DNA of 12,737 nucleotides from Octopus sinensis (lineage: Eukaryota). Shown piece after piece: positions 1 through 7,614 of this stretch; position 1 is the first letter of the stretch, and each line of letters opens with the position of its first letter. Below the pieces are notes generated by a model, which did no database searches, was not told the DNA's origin, and worked only from the letters and a program-made list of their open reading frames with translations. The translations under genes were made by a program, and so were the position numbers. The DNA lies in NCBI RefSeq assembly GCF_006345805.1, contig NW_021826547.1, positions 1 to 12,737 on the forward strand, read 5' to 3'.

Positions 1-240
1 TATATACATGCATATATATAAATATATATACATATATATATAAATATATATATGCATGTAATATGCATGTATGTATTTATATATACGTACAGCTATTTAT
101 ATATACGCACATAGATATATATATATATACATACATTTACACATACACACATTTACATGCATATGCATATATATACGCACGTACACATACATACACACAC
201 AAGCATACGCTCATACACCCACAAACACACACATACACTC
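1..240. repeat. Compound (TA)n/(CA)n microsatellite
   Basis: Continuous TA, TACA and CA dinucleotide-type runs; explains ORF 63..254. Confidence 0.95.
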
Positions 241-301
241 ATATTTCTAAATGATATTTTATATTGACATGTTTCTGTTTAATAATATTTCATTGCATTA
301 C

Positions 302-339
302 GCCAAAATGTAAAAATGTAAAAATTTTTACATTTTGGC
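302..339. repeat. Perfect 16-bp inverted repeat (hairpin)
   Basis: gccaaaatgtaaaaat (302-317) is the exact reverse complement of atttttacattttggc (324-339); 6-nt loop. Confidence 0.85.
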
Positions 340-1272
340 ATTTTGCTGAGATTTTTCTTGAGAACACACTCTTCGTGATAATGGCGATTTGACGTCTATG
401 TTCAGCATATTAGGTGTCCACTTTAGTGATCATTACTCTTAATTTTATAGATTTATATATATAGAGTAACATACTAAAGAAAAGAATTCCTTGAAAGGGG
501 TCTGTAAAACATCTAATCTGGTAAGTCATTTGAATATCGCATAAATAATTTCAGAATTTTGAATCTTTTTGGTACATATTCTTGTAGTTACTCTAAAATG
601 CATCGTTATATTAGTATTCTAATATTAATTACATATTACAAATAAGATGTCTTCATTATACTAGATAATTATATGTATAAATACATTCGTTTAATTTATT
701 AATTAATTGATGATAATTATAACAATAATAATATTACTGATAATAATAAATAGTTTATTTGACTTACTAAATTTAAACGCAATAATAATTATTGTAGTAT
801 TATATTTTGTATACCTTGTATTCTTATTACAACAATATTATTTTGTTACTTACGAAAGAATTAATAAAATTTGGATATATACCATATAGTCATTTAATTA
901 AGAAATAATATTAATTATATTTTTGGAGGGCCAATACTCAATTCTTGTTTCTGTTTATAATAATTTTTATTTACTGAGTTCTTCCTTCCGTAATAATTTT
1001 TATTTAAGTAACTTCAAATCTGGTTACTTCTAAAAAAAAACTAATAATATTTTGATATCCATTATTATAGCCTAACTCTATATCTATGGGGTATTTTAGG
1101 TTATAGCATTTGCAGCTCTAAATTTATCTTCATATTTATTACGAAATTCTCTCTATGATAAATTAAGTACGGAAAGAAATTTTTTGTTAGGTTTCTATTC
1201 ATATTTATTACGGAATTCTCCCTCCAATAAACAATATATAAAGAACGTTTTTATTATTAGTTACTTTAAATA

Positions 1273-1585
1273 AACCTGGGCTTCAAAGGTCCACAGTTCT
1301 TCAATATCCTCCCGAAGGACCTGAAAGACTTGCATGGGGTGGATGTAGGTATCTTCAAAATAAAGCTGGACCTCTTACTGTCAAGTGTCCCAGATGAACC
1401 AGCCTCGCGGCAGGAGGTGCAGATAAGGGCAGCTGCGTCAAACTCTCTCATGCACCAAATGTCAATTCCTAAAAGGCATTCGTGAAGTAATATTATGTAG
1501 CAACACCAAATGGCGGTGCCCCAGCATAGCTACAGCTCGTGAGCTGAAACTAGATAAAATATAAAAATAAAAATGAAATAAAATA
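1273..1585 (+). mobile_element. 5'-truncated CR1/L2-group LINE: ORF2 C-terminus, 3' UTR and A-rich tail
   Basis: Open frame 1273-1485 reads NLGFKGPQFFNILPKDLKDLHGVDVGIFKIKLDLLLSSVPDEPASRQEVQIRAAASNSLMHQMSIPKRHS*. This matches the 'GPxLFNxLP..FKxKLD..PDEP..AAxSNSL' pattern of CR1/L2-type ORF2 ends. It is followed by a short UTR and an (AAAAT)-like tail. The clade assignment is from recall. Confidence 0.8.
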
Positions 1586-2000
1586 GAAAAGTCTTTTTTA
1601 TACCAATAACTTAAAATAAATAGAACAGTTATTATATATTAAAAATATAATTACCATTTATATTTTTTATACGTTTTATTACAGTTTCTAGATTAAGTAA
1701 GGCACTGATACTTAATTATATACATATATATTATTATTGTATATTATTATAATAGCGAAAGATTGTCGTAGACATAAACGCGTTTGGATTAATATTATTC
1801 GAGTTATATAGAAATATATTTCGATAGTTGTAGATTCTAATTACTTGATTATTTTGTCCGTTATAATAGTGTTGTTTTTAATTGTGATTGATATCTAGTT
1901 GAAAGGCTAACTCTCACGCTCATAATTCATAGGCGTTTGAATTAAGTGTTTTTTTTACAGTCCAGCCGTCCTTTCACACGAAAGTTCGTCTATCTTCAAA

Positions 2001-2090
2001 CCATTGGCTCTGATGAGACTTATGTAACGTGATTGAGTAGTTTATGTATCAAAAAATGTATATAAGTCGAAACAAATTGTCATTTTTGGC
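2001..2090 (+). ncRNA. Type I hammerhead ribozyme-like motif (family F), weak stem I
   Basis: CTGATGA 2010-2016; stem II gacttat 2017-2023 / ataagtc 2062-2068; GAAA 2069-2072; stem III ACAA-A-TTGT 2072-2080; GTC triplet 2079-2081. Stem I pairs poorly. Confidence 0.65.
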
Positions 2091-2196
2091 TTTTAAATAA
2101 TTGTTTATGTTATATTATATTAAATTATATTATATTCATAGTATGTTGTTATATTATAATATAAATAGATTATTGGATTGGTATCTATCTATTTAA

Positions 2197-2200
<4 letters not shown>

Positions 2201-2262
<62 letters not shown>
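2201..2262. repeat. (TA)n microsatellite
   Basis: Pure AT run. Confidence 0.95.
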
Positions 2263-2268
<6 letters not shown>

Positions 2269-2525
2269 CTTCAATAATTATAACTCTAAGCTTATAAGCT
2301 TTTAACATGTATTGGCGATATATAATAGTCTAGGGCATGTCGAGAATTGTCTGATATTGTATCAAACTATTTTCTGTAGGCAATACCCGGTGAACGCTTA
2401 TAAGCGTATAGCTACTGTTATTTACAGAGTTTTCAATCATCAACGTTTCTTCATTTAGCGCATATATATTTAATACTTTTCTCGTTGTATTGCGTGTTCG
2501 TTTTTTCAATTTGTACAATTAATAC

Positions 2526-2690
2526 AGTTCTATATTTAAGAGATGAGGAATTATGTACATTATTTACATTATTTGCATTTGACGGATATTTGTCCTCATC
2601 TTGTTTGTTGTTAGCACAACGTTTCGGCTGATATACCCTCCAGCCTTCACCAGGTGTCCTAGGTTCGAAATAATGTGAATAATGTGTACA
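2526..2690 (-). mobile_element. Penelope-like pseudo-LTR fragment (family E) with a short inverted segment
   Basis: Shares agttctatatttaa.agatgaggaattatgtacattatttacattat...gacggatatttgtcc with 9550-9630. Carries an HHR core on the minus strand. aaataatgtgaataatgtgtac at 2668-2689 is an inverted, diverged copy of the gtacattatttacattattt segment near 2557-2576. Confidence 0.65.
2613..2658 (-). ncRNA. Minimal type I hammerhead-like motif (family E), core mutated
   Basis: Minus strand reads acac-CTGGTGA-A-GGCTG(10-nt loop)CAGCC-GAA-ACGT-T-gtgc. Stem II is 5 bp, stem III is the loopless palindrome ACGT and stem I is short. A6 is replaced by G. Confidence 0.6.
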
Positions 2691-2865
2691 ATTAACACGG
2701 AAAAAGAAATATATGGTTACCAGGGTAGCAAAATTTCACATAATTGCCAAAGATGTTACAGCCTAATAATAAAGATAGAATTTCCAGGATTTAGAGTAAT
2801 ATTTTTGGATCACATAGATAAATTAAGAAATGGAGTTAAACGCAGGTGTTATTCAAATCTTTATA

Positions 2866-2952
2866 CTTCCGACATGTTTCGAAGAAAACATTAGTATTAT
2901 TCCGGAGGGAATAAAATGATATAAAATATTGCAATCATCACGTCAGGGATAA
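2866..2952 (-). ncRNA. Mirror hammerhead-like motif, left arm of fold-back A (A9 mutated)
   Basis: Minus strand has CTGACGT (2946-2940) and GAAACATGTCGGAAG (2880-2866). Confidence 0.55.
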
Positions 2953-3130
2953 AATAGAGAAATAAAACACATCAATAAGCCATTTTAACCGAATGTAATT
3001 CCCACATATATGATGAAAGGGGATGCTGGTAAGTTATTTAAAAAAAAATAACTTGCCAGCGTTCCCCTTCATCATAAAGGCGGTAATCATATTCGGTTAA
3101 AAGGACTCATTGATGTGTTTTGTTCCTCTT

Positions 3131-3216
3131 TTTTCCCTGACGAGATTATTGCATTGTTTTACATCATTTTATTCCCCCTGGAATAATACTGCTGTATGTT
3201 CGAAACATGTCGGAAG
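3131..3216 (+). ncRNA. Type I hammerhead-like motif, right arm of fold-back A (canonical core)
   Basis: Stem I tttcc 3132-3136 / ggaag 3212-3216; CTGACGA 3137-3143; GAAA 3202-3205; palindromic stem III ACATGT 3205-3210; GTC 3209-3211. Stem II base is imperfect, with an internal hairpin ttattcc/ggaataa. Confidence 0.7.
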
Positions 3217-3673
3217 TATAATAACACCTGCGTTTAACTCCAATTCTTTATATATATTATATATATATATATATATATAAGATATATATTATATTGAAGG
3301 TACTACTATTCGTAGATACCACACGCTAAGAGGGACCAATGCGGTCAAAACTACTAAAAATAAACAAAATTTTACCGAATGCAAAACTTCAAAACACATC
3401 ATTTAAAAAATGAATTCAGTTACATATCACATGTGATTTCGCATTTAATGCAGAATATGCATTTCATGTTCGTCAGTGCAACAAACTCAAGAAATATTAG
3501 AAAAAACATAACATTACAAACTCGAAAGCCAACCGTAGAATTCGTCGTAGCATGTACGAATGTTTATCTTTACATATCTATGAAAATGGCGGGCTTTTTC
3601 GCAATGCATTTCGGTACCAAATTGCCTAGTCGGAATAAAAATTCAGTATTGAACTATTCCGTGAAAAATATAA

Positions 3674-3718
3674 ATTAACAATTGAGGATAAAATCTTTAA
3701 AGATTTTATCCTCAATTG

Positions 3719-3723
<5 letters not shown>
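3674..3723. repeat. Perfect 50-bp palindrome with no loop
   Basis: attaacaattgaggataaaatcttt | aaagattttatcctcaattgttaat; directly abuts (TA)n. Confidence 0.95.
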
Positions 3724-3791
<68 letters not shown>

Positions 3792-3802
3792 TATATATAT
3801 AT
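3722..3802. repeat. (TA)n microsatellite
   Basis: Near-pure AT run. Confidence 0.95.
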
Positions 3803-3933
3803 AGGTTATGAGAGGTTATGGTGTCAGTGAGACCCAAAGGTATCAGGTGATGCTGAATAAGTGCTATGGATAGACCATAGTTGAGTTCCAGGTTCGGTGA
3901 TTATGCGAGTAGAAGATGGAATATGTATTAGAA

Positions 3934-3999
3934 TTTTTATTAAGTACAACACTTGTTTCGACCCATCGTTCTGGGTCTTTTCGAGTACATAAATAAAAA
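3934..3999 (-). ncRNA. Variant hammerhead-like motif (U3-A8, C4, GUU triplet), left arm of B
   Basis: Minus strand reads tttttatttat-GTAC-TCGAAAA-GACCCA(gaacga)TGGGTC-GAAAC-aagt-GTT-GTAC-ttaataaaaa. The 7-nt core spacing is exact, stem II is a perfect 6 bp and stem I is extended. Confidence 0.6.
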
Positions 4000-4222
4000 G
4001 TCTCACTAGAGATTTCTTGTGTCGGATTGCTTGCCGCTGTATGTCCATCAAATTTGAGAATGAATAAAATCAAAGAAAAATTATTGAAACGCAGTAAAAT
4101 TCAAATATGAACGTGGTAAGTATACACTCCAGTTTAGATAAAATGACGTTGCTGTTATTCATTATCAAATTTGATAGACATATAGGGGCAAGCAATCCGA
4201 CACAATAAATCTTTAGTGAGAC

Positions 4223-4289
4223 TTTTTTTATTGATGTACTCGAAGAAACCCAGATCGATGGGTCGACACATGTGTTGTACTTAATCAAA
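4223..4289 (+). ncRNA. Degenerate mirror hammerhead-like motif, right arm of B
   Basis: GTAC-TCGAAGA(4240-4246)-aACCCA(gatcga)TGGGTc-GACAC-atgt-GTT-GTAC. GAAA is mutated to GACA. Confidence 0.5.
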
Positions 4290-4431
4290 GTCTAATATAC
4301 ATTCCAGCGACTTTCTTAATACTATTACATACACCAACGCCACTGCGAAATTCCTGATGTAAATGTACGGATAATAACAGGCAACCTAAACTGTACGGCC
4401 CAAACATTTTTATACATTTTTGTATTTTTCC

Positions 4432-4433
<2 letters not shown>

Positions 4434-4489
<56 letters not shown>

Positions 4490-4516
4490 CATATATATAT
4501 ACATACAATATATATA

Positions 4517-4548
<32 letters not shown>
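4434..4548. repeat. (TA)n microsatellite with TACA interruptions
   Basis: Seen directly; explains the YIYI ORFs. Confidence 0.95.
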
Positions 4549-4553
<5 letters not shown>

Positions 4554-4599
4554 GGGATTTGGTTTGCAAGATACTTTATACGAGTTCGTGTGTTGAAAC

Positions 4600-4875
4600 A
4601 TATTCTGTTGTGTCTGGGGAGAGTCATTTTCTTTTTGTGCCTTATAATGTAACACACTCACCGGTGAAATTTCCCCTTATTTCTTATTTTTATTTTCCTA
4701 AAATTTTCGTTGCGTGTTGCAACCTTTTCAAGAGTCAAGACTATTGAAAAGGTTGCAAGACGCAACGAAAATTTTAGGAAAATAAAAATAAGAAATAAGT
4801 GGAAATTTTACCCGTGAGTGTGTTACTTTATAAGGCACAAACAGAAAATGAGGCTCCCCAGACACAACAGAATAT
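4600..4875. mobile_element. Fold-back element C (132-bp arms, HHR-like core near the apex)
   Basis: 4600-4731 versus the reverse complement of 4744-4875 shows 8 mismatches and no indels by hand count. The 12-nt apex itself pairs (agtc/gact). The right arm begins TTGAAAA-G-GTTGC(aagac)GCAAC-GAAAATTTTAGG, and the left arm mirrors it. Confidence 0.85.
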
Positions 4876-4934
4876 ATATATATATAATCAAATCAAATTC
4901 GCAAATATATATATAATCAAATCAAATTCGCAAA

Positions 4935-5365
4935 TTCAATGACTGGCACCCGAGAGTGATAGCTGCCAGAGCAGCCGACCGGCTCCCGTGCCGGTGGCAC
5001 GTAAAAAGTACCATTCAAACGTGATTGTTACCAGCGTCGCCTTACTGGTACTTGTGCCGGTGACACGTGAAAAACATTAGAGCGAGGTCATTGCTGGTGC
5101 CGCTGGACTGGCTCCAGTGCAGGTGGTACTTAAAAAATCACCACTTGAGCGCGGCCGTTGCCAGTACCGCCTGACTGGTCCTCGTGCCGGTGGCACGTAA
5201 AAGCAACCACGACACTCTCGGAGCGGTTGGCGTTATGAAGGGCATCCAGCTGTAGAAACTCTGCCAGATCAAATTGGGGCCTGGTGCAGCCATCTGGTTT
5301 GCCAGTCCTCAGTCACATCGTCTAAGCATGGAAAGCGGACGCAAAACAATGATGATGATGATGAT
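4935..5365 (+). mobile_element. 5'-truncated SINE-like element with ~65-bp internal tandem units, RTE-like 3' tail and (ATG)n end
   Basis: gtgccggtggcacgtaaaa-type motif at 4988, 5054, 5117 and 5184. cggttggcgttatgaagggcatccagctgtagaaac resembles RTE-mobilised SINE tails. Ends in (atg)n at ~5349-5365. Confidence 0.65.
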
Positions 5366-5373
5366 ATATATAT

Positions 5374-5776
5374 TCTTTCTTTCTTTTTTTCTTTTACTTG
5401 TTTCAGTCATTTGACTGCGGCACCGCCTTTAATCGGGCAAATCGAACCCGGGACTTATTCTTTTGTAAGCCCAGTACTTATTCTATCGGTCGCTTTTGCC
5501 GAACCGCTAAGTAACGGGGACATAAACACACAAGCATCGGTTGTCAAGCAATGCTAGGAGGACAAACACAGGCACAAACACACACATGCATACATATATA
5601 TATACATATATACGACGGGCTTCTTTTCAGTTTCCGTCTACCAAATCCACTCACAAGGCTTTGGTCGGCCCGAGGCTATAGTAGAAGACACTTGCCCAAT
5701 GTGCCACGCAGTGGGACTGAACCCGGAACCATGTGGTTGGTAAACAAGCTACCTACCACACAGCCACTCCTGTGGC
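5374..5776 (-). mobile_element. tRNA-derived CORE-type SINE (octopus OR-like family, from recall)
   Basis: Reverse complement aligns end to end with 11462-11843. Has an A-box (tggctgtgtggtag), B-box (ggttcagtccc), CORE-like ggcacattgggcaagtgtctt, an internal TA/TG tract and a gactgaaacaagtaaaag tail. Confidence 0.85.
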
Positions 5777-5779
5777 TTT

Positions 5780-5979
5780 AACAAAAGGTTAAATACTGGT
5801 CATAGAGTCACAAAAGGTTATCGTATCTGCAAAAGCCACTGCTTTGTGGACAGCTCGTCAGTTTCTATACAAAGACCTCTTTGTATAGAGTCTGACGTGC
5901 TGTCCACAGGGCTGTGGCTTTCGTGGATACGAAACACGAAATCTTTGCCTACTCTATGACCAGTATTTAACATTTTGTT
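5780..5979. mobile_element. Fold-back element D (200 bp, HHR-bearing)
   Basis: aacaaaaggttaaatactggtcatagagt vs actctatgaccagtatttaacattttgtt (1 mismatch). The apex is tctatacaaaga-cc-tctttgtataga. Confidence 0.85.
5885..5957 (+). ncRNA. Type I hammerhead-like motif, right arm of D (mirror copy at 5802-5868, minus)
   Basis: Stem I atagagt 5885-5891 / actctat 5951-5957 (perfect 7 bp); CTGACGT 5892-5898; long stem II tgtccac/gtggata plus agggc/gcttt; GAAA 5931-5934. The left arm retains canonical CTGACGA (5861-5855) but has GATA. Stem III is degenerate in both arms. Confidence 0.65.
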
Positions 5980-6017
5980 GTAATAATTACAGCTCTATTC
6001 TCTAGAGTATGCTTTTT

Positions 6018-6021
<4 letters not shown>

Positions 6022-6055
<34 letters not shown>

Positions 6056-6200
6056 TGTGTGTGTGTGTGTATGTGTGTGTGTATGTATATACATATATAT
6101 ATATCTACACGTACACACATATATATGTATATATGTCGAATCAGACAGGCACAAACACACATACACACACAGACACACACACATGTGTGTATATGTGTGT
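6022..6200. repeat. Compound (TA)n/(TG)n/(CA)n microsatellite
   Basis: Seen directly. Confidence 0.95.
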
Positions 6201-6866
6201 ATGTTTGTTTTGCTTACAAAAAATAGATGGACAATGACAACGATGTTATAATTTATTTACTGTCATCATACTGTCATTTAGGTGGGGTTTTTTTGTCTGC
6301 AAGCCATATTTATAGTTTTATTGAGACAGGTCGCCCTCTGGTGAGTGGCTGGGGAGAGGCTGCGTATGCAAATTAGAGACCATTAGTTTCAAAATTGCAC
6401 ATACATACATATGTGCATATATGAACACCTAAGAAACGGTTTTTATTAACGGTGAATTTTATATATTCGTGCGACTCTATTTCTAACCTTTACTCTTTCT
6501 CCTTCATTTCTGACTCTCTCGCCTTCTTACTCTCCTTTCTCTTTTTCCCCCTTCATCCCTTTCCTTGTTTTCTCTCTGTCGCTCTCTCTCTCTCTCTTTC
6601 ACTTCTCTGCCTGCTGCCGACACTTGACCCGTGGCCAGCCCTTCTTCCCCTTCCATTTTTACAAGGGTTGCGTAATTGACCAGTTTTGAATTCTCTGTTT
6701 CCCACTATCTTGTCATTCGTTGTTCTCTAATCCTTTAGGATTCCTTTTAAAGCGTTACCCACCATTCTTGTCATGGTGGTCACGAGGCTGTATTTTACTT
6801 GTTTCTTGTTTATTTCCGTCCTTGTTCATCGTCTTAAATTACATTTATTCACTTTCGTATGTCAAC

Positions 6867-6941
6867 TTTCTTATTTCTTTATTGCCCACAAGGGGCTAAA
6901 CATAGAGGGGACAAGTAAAGACAGACAAAAGGATTAAGTCG
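6867..6941 (-). mobile_element. Isolated 3' tail fragment of the SINE family at 10092 and 12101
   Basis: Reverse complement cgacttaatccttttgtctgtc...tgtttagccccttgtgggcaataaagaaataagaaa matches the unit ends in 12101-12694. Confidence 0.8.
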
Positions 6942-7371
6942 TATGTTCACTTTCTATCGTTTTGTATACGCTCCACCATATATTCTCCTCAACTTTCGTG
7001 AGCACCGCCAGCATGGGAAGTTCTCAGTCTTATCATAGAAGGTGCAAAACCGAGAAATACCATTTGGTTGATAACTGATGAACAATTAGGGATCTTCTGG
7101 GATTGTCTCCCGTCTTATATTTTTTACCCCGTCTTACGTTTTTTAACCTGTCGTTGATTTTTTCATTTATTACATGAATACCTACCTATATAAGTCTGCT
7201 TTTGTTATTAATAAACTTCAGGGTAGTAATATATTATTTGAAAATTTTTTTTTTACCACCGTGGCCCAGTACTAATATAGAAAAATTATTCACTAATACA
7301 CAATTATACGCATACAAATACATACACGCTCGTAAATTATTGCAATATATCTATGTGTATGTCTTTTTCCT

Positions 7372-7375
7372 TTTT

Positions 7376-7415
<40 letters not shown>

Positions 7416-7468
7416 TTTCTTTTTCTTTTCTTCTTTCTTTCTTTCTTTCTTTCTTTCTCTTCTTTCTC

Positions 7469-7524
<56 letters not shown>

Positions 7525-7613
7525 CTCTCTCCTCTCATTTCTCCTCTCTCTCTCTATATATATATATCTATATATCTATATATATATATATCTATATATA
7601 TATGTATATATAT
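7372..7613. repeat. Compound (TTTC)n-(TC)n-(TA)n microsatellite
   Basis: Seen directly; explains the FLS-rich and ER/RK-rich ORFs. Confidence 0.95.
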
Positions 7614-7614
7614 A

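Larger units (their letters stand above)
2825..3248. mobile_element. Fold-back element A (~210-bp inverted arms, HHR-bearing; PLE-derived)
   Basis: Arm 2825-3039 is the diverged reverse complement of 3046-3248; the loop is an A-run at 3040-3045. Termini aagaaatggagttaaacgcaggtgttatt / aataacacctgcgtttaactccaattctt. The right end abuts a TA-rich run. Confidence 0.85.
3918..4305. mobile_element. Fold-back element B (~150-bp inverted arms, ~87-bp spacer, HHR-bearing)
   Basis: 3918-4067 aligns to the reverse complement of 4155-4305 with about 17 substitutions and 2 small indels by hand count. Confidence 0.85.

Noticed and set aside
1266-1451. 61-aa minus-strand ORF
   Set aside because: Antisense shadow of the LINE ORF2 fragment on the plus strand.
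3334-3680. Possible GIY-YIG endonuclease remnant (DQCGQNY*K*TK...; HVRQC...RRSMYE)
   Set aside because: Needs several stops and a frameshift, and the similarity is too weak to call without a profile search.
2825-5979. Fold-backs as Tc1/mariner MITEs with TA TSDs
   Set aside because: Arms extend almost to the apex, termini are unrelated between elements and each arm contains an HHR-like motif. A PLE origin explains this better, but a MITE origin is not formally excluded.
7075-7081. CTGATGA as another hammerhead core
   Set aside because: No stem II followed by GAAA downstream.
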